Source of the DNA: Tubiluchus corallicola
Taxonomy: Eukaryota; Animalia; Priapulida
Reading direction: 5' to 3'
Length of the DNA stretch: 64,000 nt
Assembly (NCBI GenBank): GCA_030141605.1
Contig: JAQGDQ010002381.1
Span: 303,786 to 367,785, forward strand
Each line of letters starts with the position of its first letter. Positions within the stretch are counted from its first letter, which is position 1. The position numbers and the translations under genes were made by a program. Below are positions 39,392-51,200 of this stretch, piece after piece. The notes beneath the pieces are model-generated. The model was not told the origin of the DNA. It was given only the letters and a program-made list of their open reading frames with translations, and did not search any database.

Positions 39392-41076
39392 TCTAAATCA
39401 TGGAATCGTACTTTATCTGATTGCTTTATCACAGTGTTGCCATTCTGGTTGATAAAGATTATTGTTTTGGAAGCTAAAAATTATAGTATTTTCCACCATA
39501 TTATCGCATCTTCATGCAAAATTCAAAATTTCTGTGTATTTGCAGCAAATTGTTATTATTATTGTATAATTATGCATTTAATAAGTAACCATAACACCAA
39601 AAAGTACTGTAGAAAACTGGCTATTTGTTTTACAGATTTTATTTTCCACTCATTGTAAAAAAGGTGAAACTGCAAGAGAAACAAGAAAAAAGAACATGAA
39701 ACAAAAGTAAATCCATAACAGACATGCAAAAAATAAATAAAGGAACAAGCATTAGCAAATTAACAAGCATACTGAAGCAGAATTTACTAATAAATAAACT
39801 TCCTGACATATCACAAATCAGCATGCACGCCTACACAAAAACACGCATATGCATATGCAGTTGCAAAAAAAAAACAATAATTAGGCATCACCGTAACACT
39901 ATTAGAAACTACCAAGCTGACAAATAAATTACTGCAAAGTTCTGCATAAAAATGAAGAAACATAAGAACTTACAAACGTTTGAGGATCTGTAGAAAAAAC
40001 TTTAAGCCAGTCTTCAGAAATTAACAGAGACATACTGATTCTACAACGGTGGCATACTGACTTCACAACTACTATACCACTAAAAACACAATTTTTTCCT
40101 ATTCTAAGGCTATCTAACCACTCATACAAGAGCGGCCAAGCATGTCAAACAAACTCTACAGGTAATGCAAAATGAATAATGACACTCTAGAATCAAAACA
40201 CCTGGCTTCACTGTACCCAAGCTGGCCTGAGAGATAACAAGTACCATTAGCAAGTGTAAAATTAAGTTTATCAAAACACAGTAGAATGTCGCTACCAGTC
40301 TCTTTTGAAATTACTGCTTTTTTCTGAAAACTTTGACCACTAATTGCGACCAGCATGGTTTGGATTACAACGAAGTCAAAATTTGTTTACTTTCCCCTGG
40401 TAAGCAGTAATGTTTTTTGTCTAAATTATCGTATAATTATCTGTTATCGTACAGTCTGTTTTTTTTGTATGGTATGAAGCATCAAATTATCGTATATTCG
40501 AATAATTATCATATAAAAAGCAACCCTGTTTATCATTTTCATGTCAGGTAAGTGCTAGAAAATAGAACGAAGGTAGAACTGTAGCAGTGCGTAGTTAATA
40601 TAAAAAAGAGTTCCTTTAAGGGAAAATAGAATGGTGTATAATGTTCTCTTATGATCAGTGATTATTTTATCATTGTTGTGTTTTTAATTAGAAATGCTCC
40701 TTTTAAGGGAAAATTAAAATAAGCTTTTAGCATGTAGTGAACTGAGTGGAATTCTGAAATAGTGTTGTTCCCTATAATAATTTTACAATTTTAGTCAAAG
40801 GATTATGTGCAGTTTTAATAGAAATATTATTTTATGTTCTATGCACTAAGTGGGATGGACGTTTTTGTTGTTGTTGATGTATACTATCTTTTCTCTATAT
40901 ACCAGCTAGACTACACCACTATTGTTATGCATTTGGGAAGTTTTACTTATGGACCAAAGTTGACCTTACCTTTTTTGCCCATTTCTGAAGTTAATTATTG
41001 TAGGTTTTATATTTTAGAATTTAAATGTGCCACATTGTTGCTTTATTAGGGTAGAGGATTGAGTGATATTTTATCA

Positions 41077-41480
41077 ATTGTGCCAAATAAATTAACTTGT
41101 TCTCGGTTAAAGCGGCTTAGGACTATAATAATGGCGGTTATATGCGCCATGCAATTTCTATATTTGAATGAAAATACAGCATTATTGTGTAAATTGTGCC
41201 AAATAAGTTAATATGTTTCTGCTTAAAGTGGATTATCAAGTTACTGCTGTGTTATTTGATTACAGTAATTTTTGTGGCTTTATAAATCGACCAAGTCCAC
41301 ATTAAGATGAAATTATATTTTTTGTAAACAGGATGAAACAGGATAGGAAATAAGTTAACAGGTTTCTGCTTAAAGCAGATTACGAAGTTACAGATGCGCT
41401 AAGCTATACTTTTTGATTACAGTTATATTTATAGCTGTATAAATCGTGGATTGAATAATTAAAATGAAATTATTTTTGTT
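41077..41480. repeat. Three diverged ~115-155 bp repeats next to the duplication junction, also at ~55498-55905
   Basis: AAATAAGTTAA..GTTTCTGCTTAAAG motif at ~41085, ~41201 and ~41348. Confidence 0.6.
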
Positions 41481-42590
41481 TGTTTAATGAGATTATTCTT
41501 GTTTATTTAAACTTTAACTATGTTTCTGTGTTACAATAAATGAACTCAAAGCAGAAAATGCAGTTCCTTATATGTTTAAATTCCTGGCAAGAATAAGGGG
41601 GCATTTTATAGTACAATTCTAATGTTGTATATGTTAGATATCATGAAGCAATATAAATTTATCAGAATAGCTCATTGCCACACTTAAGATTTCTGGAAGT
41701 CAGTGATCAAAAGTTATATTACTGCATATTTTATTTAATAAAAACTTTAATTTGGAAACAATATGCAGCCAATAATATGTTAGAATCTTGCTTGTTTCTT
41801 TTGTCACATCAAACTCGCATGTACACAATCTCTAAGAACACTTAAATTGTTGCATGAGGTCTGTCTCAACAGTAAGAACAGCTACGTGTGAGAGTTTTCT
41901 ATACAATAGCTTACAATAACTGTACGATAAAATGATTTACTATTACCAGTTGACAGAGTACCAAAATGTGTAGAAATGAAGAAGTGAACTCATAAGATAT
42001 CATACTAAGTGCAGGTGATGCTACTCATTGTATAATAAATAAAAATTGGAAAAAGTCAAAAAGTTGATAAATCTTGTTGCTGTCTCAGTTGATGTGACTT
42101 ATCAAATGCACTTTCACTGTTTCCTTCATGCACTTTACTTAATCACAGCCTCTTTTTGTTGTTAGCTGATGTTATTTTGCGTAATTTGTTGTGATTTTTG
42201 TTATAAAGTTATGCAATTTGTTTTGTTTTTTTACAGAAGAAGTGGTAGTTTGTTAACATTCTACTTTATTTAATCTCATTTTAGGTGTCAGTTTATGTGC
42301 GTAATACATATTTATGGTAAAGTTTTTTCGTGTTAGGCTGCTTTAAAAAAATTTCTTATTGACAAATAAGAGAAATGCTCACCTACTATGCAAGCAATTA
42401 TTTAAGTCTTGCTAAAATTAATAAATGATCATGGCAGCAATTTATCGTTAAAAAAATTAACATTGTTAATACTAAATTACTAGCAAAATGAGCTTAACCA
42501 AGCCTAGCCCTAGGTGTCTGATATGAGAGTCGTCGTAAATACGCTGTCAACGCGTTGCCAAACGATCGGTTTTCCTGTTGAAGATATCCC

Positions 42591-43320
42591 GTTGTGGGAT
42601 GTGTGAAAAAGTGGGATGCATCGTGAGGGATATTTTAAATTTGAGTGATATAAACAAAATTGGTAGGTTTGCAATACAGATAAGGCTGAACCTCTTACAG
42701 TCAGTTATGATACTAGTGATTTATAATACAGAAACATGGAGTGAAGTAACAAAAGTAGAAATGGGTAGGATGGAAGAAATTCAGAAGGATATGTTACAAA
42801 AACTAGTAATTTATCACAGAAGGTGTCAACTAGTTATAGGGGTATGCTAATAGAACAGTGTACATAAGTATATACTGTAGGTATACACTTTGGGCATATT
42901 AAGACTCTTAAAAAGTTAACCTGGAAGAAACATGTAAAAGAAAACGTAAAAAAATTATTAAAATTACTGCACATCACCAGATATACTCAAGAACTAAGTT
43001 AAGGTTTTTATCTTATGAGCTGAGCACGATAAACCCAAGCAGTATATAACTGAGTTAACACTAGAACAGACAAAAAGGGTTTTAGAGATAAAGCTTAATA
43101 TGCTACCACTAAAATGTAATTATAGAAGTAAGTTTAAAGGAGATATATGGTGTCCGCTATATGGTAAAGACAGGATCTATTTAGATTGTTATAAGAAATG
43201 TGCTACCAACTACAGAAGTAAATTTCCAAAGTCTGATTGAGTCAGAAGATGCACAAATAGCAAAGCAGTAGGTGGAATTTGTTCAAATAGCAATGGAAAC
43301 AAGAAAAAGAAGAGGTGTCG
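42591..43320 (+). mobile_element. Degenerate non-LTR retrotransposon 3' fragment, also at ~56979-57708
   Basis: IYNTETWS..MEEIQ..ML and KLNMLPLKCNYR..WCPLCGK; absent from unit 1. Confidence 0.7.
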
Positions 43321-43619
43321 TGCTGGAAATTTAGCTACAATAATAATAGTCATAAATGGTTGATTAGCATCAATGCTGATTACGTTACTTGTGTCTTGCG
43401 CGGTAACATTCCTTTGTGCCTATCTAACCAGATAGAGTTAACACCGAGGAAACAACGAAACAACATGTGCTTACTGGAGAACCGCAACTGCCGCGACATG
43501 ACATAGAGGAAGTTGAGGAACTGCAAGATGTAAAATGTACAACAGTCGTCGTATAGAAAAATATAATCTTAAAGTGAACAATACAAAGACCAAAGAATAC
43601 GTTATACCCACTGCTAATT

Positions 43620-44300
43620 TAAACATCAACAATTCTTCCTAAATATCTTTTAATGACACAGATAAAGTCAAGGAATACATTATTTAAAAATGTGTATAGT
43701 TACCAGTCTCATGAAGAAGTGAAACAGCTTTGTACAAAAATGGGCAAATTTTCCAGGATTTCAAACATGTGGTGTAGATGAAATTGATAAAATGCATCTG
43801 AATTGCATATTAAAAGAATTTTGTAATAAACTTAAATCAATGTACAGAAAACTATTTTTTACAAAGCTACATAATGATCCTAGACACAGTGATGGCAAAA
43901 ACAAACTAAGATTTTATAGATATGTAAAAATCAATAATGAATTAGAAGATTATTTCAAAATTATTTCTAATGAGAAACAGCGACAAATGATTACGAAATT
44001 ACATAACAGCGAATATGACCTGGAAATAGAACGATTTAGATATCAAAATAAAAAAGGGCATGAAAGGCTTTGTCAATACTGTCACAACAATAGCTCAAAA
44101 TTAGTAGAAAACAAATTATATTACCTTTTTACTTGTCTTTTGTATAAAGATATTAGACAAAAATATGAGCATAAATATATCTTTGCAAAAAGGTAACATA
44201 TACTCAGTAATGTGGTTTTTTTCTAATTGCAAACCCAGAAGACCTTATTCACTTTGGAAACTGCTTAAATGAATGTGATAAAAAAGGCAGTTATATCTTG
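43620..44300 (+). mobile_element. RTEX-like LINE C-terminal fragment, also at ~58008-58687
   Basis: KLRFY..K....EDY....QRQMITKL....LEIERFRY....ERLCQYC...VEN....TC.LYKDIR zinc-knuckle region. Confidence 0.75.
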
Positions 44301-44659
44301 GTGGTAATCTGTGAGTGCTGGATAAACCTTGTGCTGTGATTGTGTAATTTAATCTCGTTTGTGATTATATTAATTATTTAGGTTTTGTGTTTTTACTACT
44401 ACTTTGTAGTTGTAGCATAAAGTTTTATTTCGTAAGAGCACATAATTTCTTATTAGATTTAAGTAAGTTGTACAAACTCGTGGTTTTGCAATGTTGCATA
44501 ATTGCATCTGTATTTGTTGTTTTTCGTGTTTCTTGTACTTTGACTTTTTTGCAATTGTAATTTTTTGCCATGATACGCTATTGTATTTGTGCAATAGAAC
44601 AAAATTGAAATTGAAGATGCGGTAATGATTCGTGGAAAAGATGTAAATAACTTGGTAAC

Positions 44660-45090
44660 TTGTAAGACACCGATGCCCACATACAAAGAAGGAAAATTCT
44701 TAAATTGTCTGCTTATTCACATATCTCAATGATTTTTGATAACAATAGACTTTCTCTTGAAACCAGAGTCCGGATTCTTTCAACTTTAGTTGAATCTGTG
44801 TTTTTGTACACTGCTGAGCTATGGACAATAAAAGTTAAGCAACAGAAGGACAGTTGATGCTTTTCGAAGACGTCTCTATAGGAAATTACTCGCAATTAAA
44901 TCGCCTGATAGAATATCCAATGATGATCTGTATAATGCAGTCAAGAAGATTCCTGGTAGTAGACAAATACAAGTAAGAAAATTGCTTTGGATTGGGCACA
45001 CACTAACAGTAAGATTACCTCCTCTTCCTATGGTATTGCATAAAGCTCTTGAAACGACAAAAAACCAAGAGGCTGTCAACTAGGCTGACG
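44660..45090 (+). mobile_element. Degenerate LINE remnant homologous to 26495-27000, also at ~59047-59477
   Basis: RLSLETRVRILSTLVESVFLYTAELW; colinear with the unit-1 remnant. Confidence 0.75.
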
Positions 45091-45214
45091 TATTTAGGTT
45101 TTTGGTACAGATTTATGATCTAACATGTACATTAGGCAATTTGATACAGACATCATACTATATTCAAAATTTGTAGCTGCATATTTGCCATTAGTTTCTA
45201 CTCAACAGACCAAG

Positions 45215-48200
45215 ATGACAAGTTTAAATAAGGGATGCACTTTGCCTTTATATGTGGTGGATGCTTTCACAAGCCAGGCATTTGCTGGAAATGCTGCTGC
45301 TGTATGTCTAGTGTCACACAATCAGGTAAATTAATGATGATCTGTCATTAACAAACTTTTCGTCTTAATTTGTTTTCAGCTATTTTTATTGCACTGTTCT
45401 TCACTGCAAATAACTTGTGGTCCTGTAGCACAAACTCAGTCAATGTATGTGTCTTAATCGCACTCTTATTTATGTAAAGATATGAGTTTTTAACTACTAA
45501 CTGATAATGTTTTTGTTATTTATTTATGTGATTAACTCAATGAATTAACTGTGTTACAATAAATAAATCATTATATTATAATATTTAAATCGCAGGCTTG
45601 CATAATAAAAATCACTGGTTTATTTTTAGAAATATTGAAACAAATTTAACAAGTTAGTTGAAAACAAAAGTGTCCATTTAGTCACAGCTGAAATCAATTT
45701 GTAATCAATTAAACTTATAACATCAGTCATAATAATGTCAGGATAATGGTGACTGTGCCTTTAAGTTATGTTTGTATTTGGATCTATTATAATAGTAGGT
45801 GTTTTTCATGAAGATTTAGTATAATTTTAAGTGACAATTACAATGAGTATCAATGCAGAAAATGCATTTTGTTGTTGTTGTTGTTGTTGTTTCCGTTTCT
45901 ACGGAGGCTTTGTAGTTTCTTTCTGCAATTCGAATAGATATTCTGAGTATTATTTGAACTGTACAAAACAGGAGATATGTTATATGTTCAAAATCTATTC
46001 CAAACAGTCCGAAGGCTGTGTTGTTTTTATTAGTTGAATTGTGGTGTAATCTGCATTTCTTGGGTTATATTATTAAATGGCTGTAGACATTGTGATGTAT
46101 ATAGTCATTCGGTTATTCTATTTTAGGTAATCGACGATGCAAAAATGCAAAAAATTGCTTTCGAAATGAACTTGTCGGAAACCTGTTTCATTGCACTGCC
46201 AACAGAAAACGATTCGTTCAAGAATTCTTCCCGGTTTGGCCTGCGATGGTTTACCCCTGCCTGTGAAATCCAACTGTGTGGTCATGCCACTCTTGCTGCT
46301 GCCACGGTGCTTTTCTCTTGTGTTGGTAAGTTTGCTAAGCAGGACAGAAATGTAAATCTAGAAGCTGAACCTGAGTCAGTGCTACTACATCAGCTGACAC
46401 TCACAGTAAATCAGCCAGCTGGAGTTCACCATTAAGAATGACAGATTTTGATTCTTATGTCCTGCAGCAACAATTTAGCGTTAGTTTGAATAGTTTTATT
46501 TGTGAACTGGCTTAAGTGATTCGACAGCACACCCCTTTATATGCCATATATCTCTCTATATCTCTCATATTTTATGTACTCACAATGTTAAAAAAAATCT
46601 CCTGGCTTATAATCTGGCAACTCTAGCAATGGATTTATTGCAAATATAATTTAAATCCAACCCTTGGCAAGGCTTATCTGGATTACCAACAAATCAATAC
46701 TAAAATACCAAAATGATCCAATACGTGTGGCTAATGTTGCCTATTTGTGCATTTTATTTAATTTTGAATTGACTGCTTTCTCATTCAAATATTTCTGAAG
46801 TTTAGTATCTCTGCCAGCACACGTACAATATGACCGCATTGCGACCAGTGATTTCATCATCATCATAAGCCCGTTATGTCAATTGTAGACATTGGGCAGG
46901 CAGAACTCTAAAATAAAAGAAATCTGCCCTCAAAACAGGTAAACACAGCAGTAATCTAGCAAAAAAACTGGACACTGCTATGCCAGTGACTTGTTCGCAA
47001 GAGCAAAAATCTTCACAGCTGGCAAAAATGTCAGCTACCTCGACTTCCGTCACCGAGCGGCTGGCACGACTAAAGCTGGGTTTCTTATCTGCTAGGTCGC
47101 CTGTAGAAATAAACCGACTGGAGCTGAGCTGAAGCGGTATGGCTCTGGCTTCTATGTCGATCCCTTAAGTATTTTTCACGTTGTCTTGAAAATCAGGGAG
47201 TTTTTATTTGCCAACCTAATACCAAACGAATTCACTGTGAATTTATTTGTGTGCTAATGCGTTTACTTCAAATAAGCTTCCATGCAGTTTTGCTTTTTTT
47301 CTTCTATTGTTTTTTTAGATTGTGTGCCTTTTTTGCATTTTAGGACTTAAAGCATTCCGCTGTTTTCAGTTCTCATCATATTTGGCATTTTCTTAGGAGA
47401 CTGTCAGCTTTCCCTTCTTTTCATCTGCACTTTAAAAAATTGGAAAAGGAAAATAGTGCCTGTTAACCATATTCTAAACCATATTCTATTCCAATAATGA
47501 AATTACAATTAGGCATTGCAATATTTGATTGTATTGCTAATCCACTAATGCTACGATTAGGCTCTAAATATTTGTGAAATTGATAATCATTATGATAGGG
47601 GGGTCTGAAATTAAAAGGCAGCTAGTGAATATATCTACAGCTATGTAAATTATTACAGGTAACGAATTTACAGAGATTACATTTGATACGCTAAGTGGAC
47701 CACTTGTTGCCAGAAAAAAAGAGGACAATTTTATTCTGCTAGATTTTCCTGCTAATCCAACTATTAGTGTTAACAAGGAAAATGTTAAAGATCTTTTAAA
47801 GGTACCTACTGTTTTGAATGACCTGTAAAACAAGTTTGCCTGGGTTTTTGTTGTAAGTAATTTTATCATTGAAGCTTTTAGCAGGTAGGTGGTTGACAGT
47901 TTGGAAGACATTCTGACGCCTTGGTATATTTATGTATTTTAGGAAATTTCCGGCGTTACTTGTTTTAACTGTGTGTGCTGGCCATGTTTTTCAAATGTAT
48001 CATATGGGCTGTTTTTTTTTGGCCAATAGCTAAATTGCATCTTTGCACAGACTTTTTTGAAGGCATATTACTTAGTATTATCTTACTTGTATTACTTAGT
48101 ATTACGCTTTCTTGCCTGCAATACTCATGTAAATAGAAAAGACACATTTTCTAGCTTTATGTAAGTAAAGGGCTTTCTTGCCTTTTATGACAATTTTTTG

Positions 48201-51200
48201 GTGTTTTAATTAATCCTATTCAGTTTTCGAATTTGCCTGAAGAGGGGAGACAGCATGAGAGGAACATGGAAACTATTCAAAGGTGGGATGGGGGTGGGGG
48301 GGTGGGGGGTTACAGTAATGGTGGCAGTGAAGCACTTGCTGTTACTTTAATGTTTCTTTTTACTGGCTGTTACACACACGTGCATGCACGCACGCGCACA
48401 CACACACCCACACACACGCACTGTTACATAATATAGTAAAATATATCATATCACTCTTTTCGGTGATTCTAGATTGCATAGCACTCCTACAATAGGACTA
48501 GTTGAAGTTTAGCAAACAACTATCACAATTACTAACCTGACATTCTGTGCATTAAATTTAGAAATCCACAGATTAAAGATACGAGACAATGCCGCTATGA
48601 TAAAACTAAGGGTGCATTCAGACTAGCGAGTTTTCTGTTGGGAGTTTTTCTCTAACACCAAACTTGCAAGTGTGAACTGCTTTGCGAGTTACTATCGACA
48701 AGTCATTGCACACTTTCAGACAGTTGCTACGAAATGATTTCCTGTTTAGTGTGAACAGTCTCAGCGAGTTACTCTTGACACGGCTCCCAGTGAATAGAGG
48801 AGGAGTATCAGCTGGTGCTTACTTCATGTTGGAGAATTTTGTTCTTTAGTCTGAACGTGCTTGCGAGTTACTTGGCGAGAAAATTTGTTAGTATGAATGC
48901 TTCATTACTCTCAAAAGCAGTGCGACAAAATATCAACATTCTTGCAACAGTCAAGTCATCTAAATTCTTCTTTGTAAAAAGTATTTTGGTCCGAACTTTA
49001 ATACACTGTAGAATCTTATGTGAATGTTTTTTATAATACAGGTACTTGTTGGAGATTTACCTATTGTTGATGTGGAGTATGCTCCTGTTATACAACAAAT
49101 GATTGTGTGTCTTCAAGATTCTGTGTCCAGGTGTGCATGTTGATAATTTTTTATTTGGTTTGTCGTGTGTCATTCGTTTTGCACTTTTCATTAGCTTTCA
49201 TGTTATTATACATACTATAAAATTGCTGCAAATTGTACAAATCTGCAATTAATCTCTATTTCTATGAAGTGTGTTTGTGTATGTTTGTTTATTTGTTTGC
49301 TATAAAGTCCTGTTTTACTTATTTAACTTCAAATTTGGTCTATTAAGTTGCTAATACATCACACTCCCCATTGAATTATGGGATATGTACAGTTATGTGT
49401 AGAAATCAATTAACAAAAGCTGAAGACAGTCTACTTTTTAACTTTTGGCAGGAGCTCTACTTACATGAAAAAGAATTTAAAATACACTATGTTTCAGTCC
49501 ATTGTTGGGTTCAAATTCTGATTGGATGAAAATTTTTCATTGTCTCATTCTTCATTCATTAGTCATTGATGTTATTATTGTTGTAAGTATAAGGCTTCAT
49601 GTGTGTGTGTGTTTTACCTTCAGGTAAAAGGAAAAAGTTATGTGAGTAGCAAGTACATGTTTGCTGCATGTCTGGTGCTCTTAGCATTGTGCTAAAATGT
49701 GTTATTTTTAGTCTACTTCTTTTGTAATCTTTGCTGTGCTGCTTGTGGTTGTATTGTACAGTGTCCAGAAAGGTAATCCCCCACTTTGCCAGTTATCTTT
49801 TTGCCAGTCTACTTTTTCACCAGTCTACTTTTTTGCTAGTCTACTTTTTTGCCAGTCTACTTTTTCGCTAGTCTATTTTTTGCCAGTTTTCTTTTTCGCC
49901 ATTCCACTTTTTCACCTCTCCACTTTTTCGCCAGTCTTCTTTTTTGCTAGTCTATTTTTTGCCAGTTTTATTTTTCGCCATTCCACTTTTTCGCCAGTCT
50001 TCTTTTTTGCCAGTTTTCTTTTTCGCCAGTCTTCTTTTTCGCCAGTCTTCTTTTTCGCCAGTCTATTTTTTGCCAGTCTACTTTTTCGCCAGTCTACTTT
50101 TTCGCCAGTTTTCTTTTTCGCCGGTCCACTTTTTTGCCAGTCTTCTTTTTTGCCAGTTTTCTTTTTCGCCAGTCTTCTTTTTCGCCAGTCTTCTTTTTCG
50201 CCAGTCTATTTTTTGCCAGTCTACTTTTTCGCCAGTCTACTTTTTCGCCAGTTTTCTTTTTCGCCGGTCCACTTTTTTGCCGGTCCACTTTTTCCCCGGT
50301 CCACTTTTTCCCCGGTCCACTTTTTCGCCAGTCTTCTTTTTGCCGGTTTTCTTTTTCGCCGATTTTCTTTTTCGCCAGTCTTCTTTTTCGCCAGTCTACT
50401 TTTTCGCCATTCTACTTTTTTGCCAGTTTTCTTTTTTGCCAGTCTTCTTTTTTGCCGGTCCACTTTTTTGCCAGTCCACTTCGTTAGGTTAATAATGATT
50501 AACAATGAAGACTTGACGCTTTAAATGCTTTGTGAACGGAAGATATAAATCCTACAGAGCGTGCCATATATCACTGGATTTGCACTGAAATGATGAATCT
50601 GATGCACTGTGCCAAAATCGCGAGTCCAATCGAAAATTTAACATTCAGAATCTGCTGTTATTTTCATTCTGAGATGTTTAGTTTCCGAGATATGCACCTT
50701 TTTGGAATAACTTAAAAATATACATAGCTAGTCCACCAAATTTAGTATGCTTGTAGTTAGGGTAGAGGGCCACCTCAGGTTGTGACCCTGTGACCCTCCT
50801 GAGTTATAACCCAAAAATCATCAAAAGAGGTCTATTTTTGAGAAATAGTTACTCCTGCAGGAAGCGCCATCTATTCAAACGAAAAAAAACATGAAAGTAC
50901 TATGCCTTGGCTATCAGTAACTTGCTTAGCTTTGTCGAACACTGAACCATTGCCCTTTTACAATGCCACAAACATGCCATTGTCTGTATAATGCTTAATA
51001 TACTTAACATATACGACAGTTGCAAAGATTAGTATCTTCAATACTAATGAATAAAAGTATCATCACCATGTTCGAATGCATATACATTGTACGTTCTTTG
51101 TCACTCAGGTTAATAGTGAGTGGGGGCAACCGGCAACCAGTTTTTTAAATGACTATCAATTCATTTAGTGAGCAGGTCCCATGTTGCTTAATTTTGCAGC

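Larger units (their letters stand above)
22952..41492 (+). repeat. Tandem segmental duplication, unit 1 (contains PBLD copy 1)
   Basis: TTATTCTTGTTTATTTAAACTTTAACTAT... starts at 22952, 41493 and 55918, and colinear homology follows. Confidence 0.85.

Noticed and set aside
39607-40243. Segment present after copy 1 and absent after copy 2, as a gene
   Set aside because: Only short ORFs with no motifs; it is bounded by AAGTAC, consistent with a TE fragment or a microhomology deletion.
49736-50524. Overlapping Phe-rich and Lys-rich ORFs, or a CRISPR-like array
   Set aside because: A stop-poor satellite with no unique spacers and no cas genes, in a eukaryotic intron.
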